Below are positions 1 to 9,136 of a stretch of DNA of 64,000 nt, in pieces; within the stretch, counting starts at the first letter, position 1; every line of letters begins with the position of its first letter. The notes beneath the pieces were generated by a model that did not search any database, was not told the origin of the DNA, and saw nothing but the letters and a program-made list of their open reading frames with translations. A program made the translations under genes and the position numbers. The stretch is from contig CAWEFR010000005.1 of NCBI GenBank assembly GCA_963808335.1, positions 302,683 to 366,682 of the forward strand. The letters are read 5' to 3'. This DNA is from Terriglobia bacterium (GTDB taxonomy: Bacteria > Acidobacteriota > Terriglobia > Bryobacterales > Bryobacteraceae).

Positions 1-279
1 GACTTGGCCATGCAGGTCCGGCGGGCGCAGAAAAAGATTAAGCTGTATCCCTCGATTCGCGCGACGTTTTATGACGCTCCGGATTCGAACGCGGGAGATC
101 CCTTGTACGAAGCCGACCGGGCTTTGGGCGCGGCCGCATTTGTGGGCAAATACGACGGATTTTTCGCGGGCTTACTGTTCCGGATCGGCGCGATTTTCCG
201 CGCGTTGGGACGCTTTCAATTTCGCCAGATCGGCGCGCTGGTAAGCGGGCAGAAGCTGGACGGCTCGCAGGCGATGTAG
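1..279 (+). CDS. 3' end of an unidentified ORF entering from the left window edge
   Basis: Frame is open from base 1 to the stop at 277-279. No motif recognised; may be non-coding. Confidence 0.2.
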   Translation, partial: DLAMQVRRAQKKIKLYPSIRATFYDAPDSNAGDPLYEADRALGAAAFVGKYDGFFAGLLFRIGAIFRALGRFQFRQIGALVSGQKLDGSQAM

Positions 280-329
280 CCGCTTTTCGCTTGACATAAT
301 ACGCATCGCATAGTATGCTGTGGATCTGG

Positions 330-605
330 ATGATCCGTTCCTGCAAGGACAAAGAGACGGAAAAACTCCTCCGTCGGATTTCAAGCAGGAAGTTTCAGAG
401 CATTGAGACTACAGCCCGCGTGAAGCTGGCCCTTCTCGATGCGGCGACTTCGCTGAGGGATTTATCGCTGCCTGGTCTTCGCTTGGAAAAACTTAGCGGC
501 GATCGCGCGCAAGCCTACAGTATTCGAATCAACGACCAATTCCGTATTTGTTTCCATTGGCGCGATGGCGACGCCTTCGATGTTGAGATCACCGATTACC
601 ACTAA
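330..605 (+). CDS. higB: HigB-type (RelE/ParE superfamily) toxin
   Basis: MIRSCKDKETEKLL start and C-terminal ...LSGDRAQAYSIRINDQFRICFHWRDGDAFDVEITDYH match the HigB/plasmid-killer pattern. A HigA gene follows 18 nt downstream. Confidence 0.75.
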   Translation: MIRSCKDKETEKLLRRISSRKFQSIETTARVKLALLDAATSLRDLSLPGLRLEKLSGDRAQAYSIRINDQFRICFHWRDGDAFDVEITDYH

Positions 606-623
606 CCAAAGGAGCAGCCCTCC

Positions 624-932
624 ATGCCTGCGAAAGTTACAAAATTGCGGCCCGTGCATCCCGGCCTGGTGTTGAAGACAGTTCTTGAAGACGCCGGCGT
701 CACTGCCAACGCCTTGGCGCTTGCATTGCGTGTTCCGGCAAACCGCCTCACGGAGATCGTCAACGAGAAAAGATCGATTTCGGCGGACACCGCGCTTCGG
801 CTAGCGCGATACTTCGGCACATCGGCTCAAATGTGGATGAACCTGCAAGCCAAGTATGACCTGGATTCGGCGGAAGACGCGCTGTCCGATCGGATCATGA
901 GCGAGGTGCAGCCCATGCGGAAAGCATCGTAG
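624..932 (+). CDS. higA: HigA antitoxin, XRE-family HTH
   Basis: VHPGLVLKTVLEDAGVTANALALALRVPANRLTEIVNEKRSISADTALRLARYFGTSAQMWMNLQ is the canonical HigA HTH. Confidence 0.8.
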   Translation: MPAKVTKLRPVHPGLVLKTVLEDAGVTANALALALRVPANRLTEIVNEKRSISADTALRLARYFGTSAQMWMNLQAKYDLDSAEDALSDRIMSEVQPMRKAS

Positions 933-938
933 ACCGCG

Positions 939-1424
939 CTACGGGAGCGTGTACTCGATATCGTAAAAGTGTTTTCCGCCCTCGATTTTGATCGTCATCT
1001 GGCCCGCAATCCCCACAAGTTGGCCGGTGCCGGAGTCGGGGACGATGGTAACCGTTAGCGTCGGCTCGCCGCGATTCATGGTCCCCGTGTGTTGGAGGAA
1101 AAAAGTGCCGCTGCGGCCTTCGAGGGTTCCCGTCACCCGCTCGATCGCGACATAGCCGGCCGATCCTTTGACTTCGGTCATCGCGCTCAGCATCTGTCCT
1201 TTGCTGGTCGCCTCGAGATCGCCGTGGAATCGCTTGTCGATGGTCATCCTTCCCATGGTTGCGTCTTCAAACGTGCCGTCGGGCGTTTGCGGAACCAGCT
1301 TCACTTCGAACGATCCTGTTGCATGATGCGACATGACTGCCTCTTTCTTAATCGACGATGGAGTTTGCGCGTAACCGAGGCAGCCAAACCAGCAGACGGC
1401 CGCAATCAGACCGGATATTTTCAT
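939..1424 (-). CDS. Secreted DUF3224-family protein
   Basis: N-terminal signal peptide. HATGSFEVKL...GSAGYVAIERVTGTLEGRSGTFFLQHTG...PDSGTGQLVGIAG...GKHFYDIEY matches the DUF3224 pattern. Confidence 0.65.
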   Translation of the reverse strand: MKISGLIAAVCWFGCLGYAQTPSSIKKEAVMSHHATGSFEVKLVPQTPDGTFEDATMGRMTIDKRFHGDLEATSKGQMLSAMTEVKGSAGYVAIERVTGTLEGRSGTFFLQHTGTMNRGEPTLTVTIVPDSGTGQLVGIAGQMTIKIEGGKHFYDIEYTLP

Positions 1425-1436
1425 CTTCGCTTCTTA

Positions 1437-2558
1437 CTAGACCACGAAGGACCGCGTGATTGCGCCCACCGAGGGTGTTCCGCATTGCTTCATTGCCAGC
1501 GTCAGCTCGGCTCGCAGGATGTCCAGAACGCGCTCCACACCAGGCTGGCCAAAAGCTCCCAGGCCCCACAGATATGGCCTGCCGACGCCAACCGCCTTCG
1601 CGCCCAGCGCCAGCGCTTTGAAGATGTCAGTGCCGCGGCGGAATCCACTGTCGACCAGCACGGGAATGCGGCCTCGCACCGCGTCGATCACTTCCGGCAA
1701 GTCTTCGATCGTGGCGCGGCCGCTCTCCGCGGCTCGTCCACCGTGGTTTGAAACCACGATTCCGTCCACGCCGTGCTCCACGCACAAAGCTGCATCTTCG
1801 CGAGTGACGATGCCTTTCAGGATCAGTTTCATCTTGGTCAGATTCCTCACTCGATCGACGTATTCCCAAGTCATCGTGGGCGGATTGATCCCGACTTGTC
1901 CGAGCCCCTCAAACATCGGCTTCGCGCGCGGATGGCACGAAGAACATTGGCGCGTATCCGCTCTGGACATGCGCGTCTGCGTCTCCGTGTTGCGGCCGCC
2001 TGTCAGGTCGATGGTGAAGACCAGGACCGGACAGCCGGCGGCTTCGACGCGGCGCACCAGCTTTTCGGTCGCTTCCCATTTGGTTGGCGCATAAAGCTGA
2101 TACCAGGGCGGATGCCCCAGCGCTTGCGCCACATCCTCCACTGATGTCGAAGTTTGAGTCGATAGTACTTGCAGCGTATTTTTCGCCCGAGCAGCACGAG
2201 CAACCGCGAGCTCGCCGTCAGGATGATACGCCTTCTGGCTGCCGCAAGGGCAGATGAAGATCGGTGTCTCCCATTTGGTGCCGAACAACTCGACGGAAGT
2301 GTCGACGTGGCTGACGTCGACCAGGCGGCGGGCCCGCAGCTGGATTTTCTTGAATCCCTCGCGGTTCGCGCGTAGCGTCGCGTCGTCATCCACGCCAGTC
2401 GACATGTAGGCCCAGTGAGCGATCGGAATCGCGCGACGCGCGGCTCCTTCGAAATCGAGGACGTCCAGGGCGTCTTTCGGATTCGCGATGACTTCAGGCT
2501 GCGCCAGCGCCAGCGGACTGGCGGCAAGAAAGCTCAAAAATTCCCGTCGTGAATTCAT
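1437..2558 (-). CDS. FMN-dependent alpha-hydroxy-acid dehydrogenase/oxidase (LldD/glycolate oxidase family) with a Tat-type signal
   Basis: Motifs: WYQLY, VLVFTIDL, ILKGI, VVSNHGGR, VLVDSGFRRGTDIFKALALGA. N-terminus is NSRREFLSFLAASPLALA. Confidence 0.8.
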   Translation of the reverse strand: MNSRREFLSFLAASPLALAQPEVIANPKDALDVLDFEGAARRAIPIAHWAYMSTGVDDDATLRANREGFKKIQLRARRLVDVSHVDTSVELFGTKWETPIFICPCGSQKAYHPDGELAVARAARAKNTLQVLSTQTSTSVEDVAQALGHPPWYQLYAPTKWEATEKLVRRVEAAGCPVLVFTIDLTGGRNTETQTRMSRADTRQCSSCHPRAKPMFEGLGQVGINPPTMTWEYVDRVRNLTKMKLILKGIVTREDAALCVEHGVDGIVVSNHGGRAAESGRATIEDLPEVIDAVRGRIPVLVDSGFRRGTDIFKALALGAKAVGVGRPYLWGLGAFGQPGVERVLDILRAELTLAMKQCGTPSVGAITRSFVV

Positions 2559-2635
2559 AGGCTCTATCCTACCTAAGTTTTTTCACCTAGCACCCTAACT
2601 TTCTTACCATAGCCCTCCGATAGAAGGTAAGCAGG

Positions 2636-3193
2636 TTGCCCCATATGCACATGGAAGCATTTCTATGGATGTTCCTCCCGGTTTTCGTAGCGGGTGGGAG
2701 CGCTCTTTTGTCGTTTTACATCATGCAGGCGCGGATGGAAGTCGCGCTGGCCAAGGAGCGCGAATCGCTGGCCGAAGCGCGCGCGACCATCTCGTCCCAG
2801 CGGATCACGATGGAGGAGCGGATAAAAGCCACGGAAGAAGCCACCAAGCGGCACTCGCTCGACGAGTTCATGCAGGATTTTCGCGTGGAGGAGCGCAGCT
2901 ACGTGCGGGAGAGCAAATCGCTCACTTCGGCAAAGAAAAGCATGGTGATGCAGGAGCGGCTGTTTTTCCGTAACATCCCTCTTTCCAACTGGATCGAGCA
3001 TGAAATGCTGGTTGAAGAGGGCCACGACCTGGATCAATTGCCCAAGGAATCCGTATTCGCCGCAGCGGCAGCCGTGGGCGAAGGCCGCTTGCCAATCTCG
3101 AAGTTTCTCGACGAAATGCACGTCACGCACGAGACGACGCCGGATGCGGGAGTACTGGTGACGGCTCGTATCCCCGCCTTCGGGGCGCAATAA
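2636..3193 (+). CDS. Hypothetical membrane-anchored protein
   Basis: One N-terminal TM helix followed by a charged coiled-coil-like region. No family recognised. Confidence 0.35.
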   Translation: MPHMHMEAFLWMFLPVFVAGGSALLSFYIMQARMEVALAKERESLAEARATISSQRITMEERIKATEEATKRHSLDEFMQDFRVEERSYVRESKSLTSAKKSMVMQERLFFRNIPLSNWIEHEMLVEEGHDLDQLPKESVFAAAAAVGEGRLPISKFLDEMHVTHETTPDAGVLVTARIPAFGAQ

Positions 3194-3258
3194 ACCCTTC
3201 GTTTTCAAATCGTAAGCCCTTTGTAAACCGCCCTTTCCGGAATCTCGTCCTGAAGAGT

Positions 3259-3846
3259 ATGATGGGGCTGATGGCCGAACCTCTATTGGCCGAGAAGTCT
3301 GATCCCGGGGCATTGCGCGACTTCAGTGCGTGGATGACGTCGGAGCAGAGGCGCGTTTACTCGTTATGCCAGCGCTTCTTGCAGGATCGCGACGAAGCGG
3401 ATTCCGCCACTCAGGACGTGTTTCTAAAGGCTTACCAGGCGCTGACTCGCGACGACGCGGTGGAATTGGACGATCCGGCGCGCTGGATTACCCGGGTCGC
3501 CGTCAATACGTGCCTGGACCGGCTGCGTTCGCGGAAATGGCAGTTCTGGCGGCGCAGGCCGGCCCATGAAGACGAACAGGCGATTCTGGCGATGGCGGAG
3601 TCGATGGCTCCGGAAGCGGAAGATCGGTATTTCGCTGGAGAAATCGGCCGGCGGCTGGCACTGGCGCTGGAAAAGCTGTCGCCGCGGCAAAGGGCGGTGT
3701 TCACGCTGCGGCATTTTGAAGAGCTGAGCCTGGAAGAAATCGGCGCGACCCTGGGCTTGGATGTGGGGACGGTAAAAGCGCATATGTTCCGCGCGGTGTC
3801 GAAGTTGCGCGAGGAACTGCGCGATGTGTACGGGGGAACCAGATGA
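3259..3846 (+). CDS. ECF (sigma-70 family, group 4) RNA polymerase sigma factor
   Basis: Region 2 DEADSATQDVFLKAYQAL. Region 4 LSPRQRAVFTLRHFEELSLEEIGATLGLDVGTVKAHMFRA. Confidence 0.85.
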   Translation: MMGLMAEPLLAEKSDPGALRDFSAWMTSEQRRVYSLCQRFLQDRDEADSATQDVFLKAYQALTRDDAVELDDPARWITRVAVNTCLDRLRSRKWQFWRRRPAHEDEQAILAMAESMAPEAEDRYFAGEIGRRLALALEKLSPRQRAVFTLRHFEELSLEEIGATLGLDVGTVKAHMFRAVSKLREELRDVYGGTR

Positions 3847-4256
3847 TGCATCTGACGGACGACCAGTTGATCGACCGGGTTTACGGAATGGAACCGGACG
3901 GCGCGAGTGCCCATCTGGCGGAGTGCGACGCGTGCGGCGCTCGCTGGCGCGCGTTCGAACAGCGGCATCGTGAGATGATCCCGGCGACACCGGTTAGCGC
4001 GGAGTTTCTGACTGCGCAGCGCCGGAAAATTTACTCGCGATTGGACCACCAGCCTGGCCGGCGCTTGAAGTGGGCGCCGGCGCTGGTGGCCGCGTGTGTG
4101 CTGGCGGTAGTCGTGCTGGTGCACCGGCCGGCTCCGCCCGCTCCACGTACGGATTCGGGTGACGCGCAGTTATTCTCCGAGGTGTATTCGATGGAGCAAT
4201 CGACGGAGCCTCGCGCGGCTTCCCCGATTCATGAGCTTTTTGAGGATAATCAGTAG
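3843..4256 (+). CDS. Putative anti-sigma factor, single-pass
   Basis: Start overlaps the sigma-factor stop by 4 nt. Zinc-finger-like HLAECDACGARW, then TM helix WAPALVAACVLAVVVLV. Confidence 0.55.
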   Translation: MMHLTDDQLIDRVYGMEPDGASAHLAECDACGARWRAFEQRHREMIPATPVSAEFLTAQRRKIYSRLDHQPGRRLKWAPALVAACVLAVVVLVHRPAPPAPRTDSGDAQLFSEVYSMEQSTEPRAASPIHELFEDNQ

Positions 4257-4259
4257 TCT

Positions 4260-4703
4260 ATGCGGATCTGGTGCCTTCTGGCGATTCCGGCTCTCCTGTG
4301 CGCGCAGCCGCGCGGGCCGCGTCCGTGGTTTCTGGATAGCGAGGTCACCAAGGATCTGAATCTCAGCGACGCGCAGACGAAACAGATTCAACAGACGGTC
4401 CGCGATTTCCGGCCCCGCATGACCGATGTCCGCACGGCAGTAAACAAGGCCGAGAAAGACGTTGAGACGGTATTCAATGAAGATCCGGTGGATGAGGCCA
4501 AGGCGAACGACGCCATCAATCGCCTGGCGAGTGCGCGCGCGGATCTGACCAAGGCCGTCTCGCAGATGGATCTGAAGCTTCGCATGACTCTGACCGCGCA
4601 GCAATGGTCGGATCTGAAGCAGAGGCAGAGGGTCTGGCCGGATCGTCCGGGAGGACGCCGCCGCGGTGCGCCGGTGCCGACTCCGCAGGTGAATCAGAAG
4701 TAA
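4260..4703 (+). CDS. Periplasmic Spy/CpxP-like (LTXXQ repeat) protein
   Basis: Signal peptide plus LNLSDAQTKQIQQ and LTAQQWSDLKQ motifs. Third gene of the ECF module. Confidence 0.5.
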   Translation: MRIWCLLAIPALLCAQPRGPRPWFLDSEVTKDLNLSDAQTKQIQQTVRDFRPRMTDVRTAVNKAEKDVETVFNEDPVDEAKANDAINRLASARADLTKAVSQMDLKLRMTLTAQQWSDLKQRQRVWPDRPGGRRRGAPVPTPQVNQK

Positions 4704-4756
4704 TTGCGGAGTTGACATTCCCCGCGCTGCCGGGGTATCTGTTTAAGTAGGCTAAT

Positions 4757-4831
<75 letters not shown>

Positions 4832-5373
4832 ACAATTTAGACACTAATCCCCATTTCCACCGAAAGTTCTGAGTTCACTGCCCTTCACTGAAGGTCATGC
4901 ACTCTCTGTGGAAATCACGTCGCTTTGACCGGAACTGGACGGACAAAATACGGACATCCGCCGGACAAAACGACCTGACTCAGCTGTACACTCGTATTTT
5001 GTCGGATTTGAGCACCGGGACAGCCTAAGAACTGCGGTTTGGCGCACGATTGGGCGCTCCAGGAGCGATTTTGCGCGCGTCGCTTAAGGAAACACACCGG
5101 AACGGCGGGAATTGTCCCGGCCAAGCGCCGCCCCACGGGAAGGCAGCCAAGAACACGAGTACGACGAGGCAGAGGATGCTGCGCTTCCATCTCATGCGCC
5201 CATTCTAGGACACTCGGGCCGCTGACACCCTGCACTCGACAGCATAGCGTTGTTGCATTACCGGAAAGCGCCGACCGCCAGTCGGTCTTATCACACCCGA
5301 TGATGGGATGCGTCCTGCAGGCGGGTAGGTCTCACTTGGTAGCGTAGCGTTGATCAATCCAGTCAACTGCGAA

Positions 5374-5414
5374 TCGGAGCGCTGTCGCGCTCCGCGCCAC
5401 TGTGTGCTGAGGCG
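5374..5414 (+). repeat. REP-like intergenic repeat, copy A
   Basis: tcggagcgctgtcgcgctccgcgccACTGTGTGCTGAGGcg. Contains a 7-bp hairpin cggagcg/cgctccg plus the conserved core. Confidence 0.6.
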
Positions 5415-5535
5415 AAACATCCTCGACCCCTCGTGCACAACGCTAATCGCATCGAGATGCGCGGAATCGTGAATCCGGACAGGGGACTCCGAGGTCAGAC
5501 TCGTCGGGGGAAAGAACCTCGACGAAAGCTTCGAA

Positions 5536-6009
5536 CTACTGGATTCCTGTGATCTGGTACGAGGTCACTCGTCCCATCCACGCCTTGCTGAACGGTTTCG
5601 CCTCGCCGGGGTTCAAGTCGGAGACCGTCACTGATCCAACGCCCCGTTTTCCGTCATCGTCACGCACATTGATATGGATCGTCACCGACTTCAGCAGCTC
5701 ACCGCAATCATTTCGAATCATTCCGCTGACTACTGTGGAAAGCTCTGTGCTATTCCGGGGAACGAACTCTTGGCCCTCGGGCACATAAAACTCGCTGTTC
5801 GACAGGGTAACGCTGTAGGGCTCGACGCAGGCCAATGATTTCGATGGCTTGATCGTGCCGCCGCCAGAAACGGCCCCTGAAGCATGACCCATCTGAACAA
5901 AGGCTCGAACTGCAAAAAATGCGACGAACGCAACTCCGGGCAACGCCCCTGCCCACCACGGAAGCTTGCTGCCCTTGGGTCGGTTGGGATCAGGGACACC
6001 TGGAGTCAC
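5536..6009 (-). CDS. Hypothetical membrane-anchored protein
   Basis: N-terminal TM helix (WWAGALPGVAFVAFFAV) followed by a beta-rich extracytoplasmic domain. Start codon is uncertain. Confidence 0.4.
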   Translation of the reverse strand: MTPGVPDPNRPKGSKLPWWAGALPGVAFVAFFAVRAFVQMGHASGAVSGGGTIKPSKSLACVEPYSVTLSNSEFYVPEGQEFVPRNSTELSTVVSGMIRNDCGELLKSVTIHINVRDDDGKRGVGSVTVSDLNPGEAKPFSKAWMGRVTSYQITGIQ

Positions 6010-6090
6010 GCTTTAGTTATCGGCCGACGAATGATTTGCGGCCATCAGTCAATCACCCTAATTTCGATGCTCCCGACATCCGCACGAGCC

Positions 6091-6134
6091 CGGAACGCGA
6101 ACGGCGCTGCGGGGCCACTGTGTGCTGAGGCGGG
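6091..6134 (+). repeat. REP-like intergenic repeat, copy B (diverged 5' half)
   Basis: cggaacgcgaacggcgctgcggggccACTGTGTGCTGAGGcggg. Confidence 0.5.
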
Positions 6135-6223
6135 GCTTCCGCCGTTGCCCGGCAGAACAGCGTGCGGGCGAGCGTGGCGAGGGCGGGCCGAGTCCGCCCG
6201 CGCCGGTGGCGAATGACTTAGGT

Positions 6224-6544
6224 TCAGACCCCTACTGTTGCGGCGATCTTGTGGAACGTCGAACTCGCGACTTCGTAAGTCTGAACTGTCGGAGTGCCTT
6301 CGATGAACCTGTTCAGGTTTTTCAGAACTTCTGGATAGCCGGTTTTGGCGTAGGCGTCGGCATTCTCCTTCTTATCCCAGAAGCTCATCGCGAGAGCTTC
6401 GGTCCCGCCCGGAGCGAGCAACGTAAGTTTGCCTTGAAATCCTTGGTGCTTTCGCAACGTTGCCAAAGTTTCGTTCTCGATCTGCTTGGTGAACGCCACG
6501 GAGCTGTTGGGCTTCAGGTGAATGGATACGCTACGTGCAAACAT
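6224..6544 (-). CDS. Small ABM/Dabb-like ferredoxin-fold protein
   Basis: 106 aa. Pattern (IHLKPN...GFQGKLTLLAPGG..ALAMSFWDKKENADAY) resembles antibiotic-biosynthesis-monooxygenase-like proteins. Weak call. Confidence 0.4.
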   Translation of the reverse strand: MFARSVSIHLKPNSSVAFTKQIENETLATLRKHQGFQGKLTLLAPGGTEALAMSFWDKKENADAYAKTGYPEVLKNLNRFIEGTPTVQTYEVASSTFHKIAATVGV

Positions 6545-6963
6545 TTCAACCTCCTGGGTTGCGTGGTTTGGCTAAGAATAACGAAGAAATCTCCAGATTA
6601 CCTGGCTTAGGTCAGATGATCTGATCGGTGCAGCGGAATTGCTCAAGCACCGACTCAGTGTGAGCCGATGGGATAAGGTTGTCAAGAGGAATGCACGATC
6701 ATTTCGAGTGCCTTTGCCGCGTTCGCTCATTCCAATCAACTTCCGCATTGAGATGCGTGGCGATTCGATGCGCAAGAATCCGGGGAAGCCGAACGCATAG
6801 CGCCATAACGCTGGATCGGTAAACGCCAGGCGACTAGCAGCGAGCGACCGCATTTGAATTCCTCAAAGTCCGGCGTCGCCGGTACACAGGACTGTCCAGC
6901 TTTCTGAGAAACTTCGGAATTGCTGCCCATCGAATCGACAAGTTTTCTAAACTGGGACTTCTC

Positions 6964-7320
6964 GTGCAACCTCCATCGGAACGAAACCCCATCCTGGTAG
7001 GAATCAAGATCCTGCACTCGGCGATTTGGCTCTTCTTCGCCGGATGCATCATGGCGATCCCCGTCGCCGGTGCCCGGCACCAGTTTCTATGGGCAGCGGC
7101 TCTGACCGGGTTAGTACTGGTGGAATGCGCCATCCTAGCGGTGAATCGGGGCCGCTGTCCATTGACCGATCTCGCAGCTCGCTACACAGAGGAACGCGCG
7201 GACAACTTCGACATCTACTTACCCCTTTGGTTGGCCCGACGCAACAAGACCATCTTCGGGACGCTTCTCGCCATTGGGGAATTGCTCGTGCTCGCGCAGT
7301 GGTTGGTCTCCGGGCGATAA
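6964..7320 (+). CDS. DUF2784-like small membrane protein
   Basis: Three or four TM helices and an NRGRCPLTDL motif. Confidence 0.45.
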   Translation: MQPPSERNPILVGIKILHSAIWLFFAGCIMAIPVAGARHQFLWAAALTGLVLVECAILAVNRGRCPLTDLAARYTEERADNFDIYLPLWLARRNKTIFGTLLAIGELLVLAQWLVSGR

Positions 7321-7411
7321 CGGCCGTCACACAAGCACGGAAAATCTCGCCTGACGGCGCAGTGCTCACTAACCTGTCAGCCCCGATTGATCCGCAAGCA
7401 GGAACTTTCGG

Positions 7412-7457
7412 TTCGGAGCGCTGGTCGCACTCCGGGGCAACTGTGTGCTGAGGTCGG
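7412..7457 (+). repeat. REP-like intergenic repeat, copy C
   Basis: ttcggagcgctggtcgcactccggggcaACTGTGTGCTGAGGtcggg. Confidence 0.6.
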
Positions 7458-7564
7458 GACATTTTTGACCCAGATCGCCGGTTCAGAAAGTCTCCGCGAG
7501 GCTGACGAACAAATCGAGCCGGGTCCAGACGCTCTGCTATCCTCTCTAAAAAAGGGGTGCATAA

Positions 7565-8032
7565 ATGACGATCAGCAGCGCGTTGTTAGCGGAGTTCGAC
7601 GAGGAAATGCGCAGCACCCGCAAACTCCTCGACTGCGTGCCCGAAGATAAGTTCGGTTGGAAGCCACACGAGAAGTCGCACACCTTGGGACAATTGTCGA
7701 ATCACATCGCAAGAATTCCATTGACACCGACCGTCATCGCCGGTCGGCACGCCTCCAAACCGCCGGATACAGCCTCAAAGACCGAGTTGCTGGCGAACTT
7801 CGATAAATACGTCGCGGATTCGCGCGATGTGCTCGCTGGCATCGATGACGACTTCCTCGCGCGAACGATCAAAGTTACCCCTGAAATATCCAAAACCGTC
7901 TACGTGGCGCTGCGGGGGCGAGGCCTAATGAACCACTTGATCCATCACAGAGGACAATTGAGCGTTTATCTCCGCCTGCTCGATGTCCCGATTCCAGGAA
8001 TGTACGGACCTTCTGCTGACGAGAAATCGTAG
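7565..8032 (+). CDS. DinB-family protein
   Basis: LAEFDEEMRSTRKLL...WKPHEKSHTLGQL..HI...NHLIHHRGQLSVYLR four-helix DinB pattern. Confidence 0.75.
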   Translation: MTISSALLAEFDEEMRSTRKLLDCVPEDKFGWKPHEKSHTLGQLSNHIARIPLTPTVIAGRHASKPPDTASKTELLANFDKYVADSRDVLAGIDDDFLARTIKVTPEISKTVYVALRGRGLMNHLIHHRGQLSVYLRLLDVPIPGMYGPSADEKS

Positions 8033-8182
8033 TGTGGGCAGCGCTCAGCGCTGCGGGGATCAAGGTACGTCTACCAGAAAGATATACCGCGCACCGCGCG
8101 AAGCGGGGTCGCCGCGAAACGCATGTGATTTCATGCGGCCATGGAGAGGAGATCCGATGCACCACCTGTCGAGTGGGCGAGA

Positions 8183-8353
8183 TTAGTTTGCTCGGATGCA
8201 CCATCCTTGAATTTCGGCGACGTTAAACTTGCCAACCTCTTCACCGCCTTCATCCGTGACAACTAGCCAGCCTTCGACAACGGCTGTTTTCGCTCCTGGG
8301 AAGATAGCCGGTTCGTTCTTGCCTTTCAAGTGAACATGAATGATCTTCGACAT
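8183..8353 (-). CDS. Small hypothetical protein (56 aa)
   Basis: An internal ATG preceded by GGAGG 5 nt upstream. The longer 143-aa ORF upstream of that ATG is Arg/Pro/Gly-rich junk. Confidence 0.4.
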   Translation of the reverse strand: MSKIIHVHLKGKNEPAIFPGAKTAVVEGWLVVTDEGGEEVGKFNVAEIQGWCIRAN

Positions 8354-8690
8354 TGCGCCTCCAATGGATTGATGAAACCGCGCGGGAATTATATCATCCG
8401 GCTGGCTTAGGTTCGGCCCGCGCCTAGCCCGCGCCAAGAAATCTCTTCGCCCCTTTGGGGCGGGTATGTATTGATGACATATGTACCTGGCTTCCCCGCA
8501 CATCCGCCCTCCGGGCCCCGGGCGCACTGGGGTGACGAAGTGACGGTGGTGACGATCCCCCAGGGACCGCCCTACTGGCCCGTGGGAGCCCAAAAAGGGC
8601 AGCCCACCGGGCACACCTTGGAAACCGTCACTATCATCACATCGTCACGTACACATACATAACCACATAAACATCAATTAGTTACCGAGA

Positions 8691-9136
8691 TCACGCTGGT
8701 TTTCTGACGATAGAGAACCGCTCGCAAAGCGTCTTGAGCCGCTTCTGATCAATGCTCAACACGGCCCCGTGGTTGGTGTGTCGCGTGCGGAATCCCAGAG
8801 TCTTGGCGATGCTGCTGACCTTACGCGGACTGAGCAATCGCGCTTCGGGATCTTCGCCCAATTCCGTAGTGATATTGTTTCGCACATTCGCGCACGTCAG
8901 GGGCATGCCTGAAGCAGTCAGCGCAACGTACGCGGCCACCAACGCCGCATCCATGGTTTCCCGCCGGTCCGGCGCGTCTGCGAATCAAGTTCGCGTGCGA
9001 ACGCCAGCAGGTCGTCTTTGTGGCGGGCGTCTTTTCAGCTCCTCGGCGATCAGCAGCAGCGGCAGAACAATCCCGTCGTCAGACCAGCCCCGCACCCTGA
9101 TGACAGTCAGCCGCGGCGACCGAAAGAGCCGGAGGC
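8691..9136 (-). pseudogene. Startless, frame-broken remnant resembling the C-terminal part of phage/plasmid primase-associated (DUF3631-like) proteins
   Basis: The clean 87-aa ORF 8691-8954 ends ...LSPRKVSSIAKTLGFRTRHTNHGAVLSIDQKRLKTLCERF. Upstream frames continue as ...GWSDDGIVLPLLLIAEELK / ARHKDDLLAFAR with no start codon. Identification is tentative. Confidence 0.3.

Noticed and set aside
315-329. Upstream ATG giving HigB an MLWIW extension. Similar cases are the extended starts of cmr3 (44587), cmr6/1 (42012) and the CARF-HEPN gene (40100).
   Set aside because: The extensions overlap the preceding gene or have atypical composition. Family N-termini align with the internal starts (MIRSCKDK, MKTIGLVFEP, MIALPAD, MPRGAIFSLGG).
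5380-7451. The three repeat copies each end an ORF with the peptide ...ATVC followed by a stop, suggesting a conserved micro-peptide C-terminus.
   Set aside because: The upstream 'proteins' are unrelated junk frames. The shared peptide is simply the translation of the conserved DNA core.
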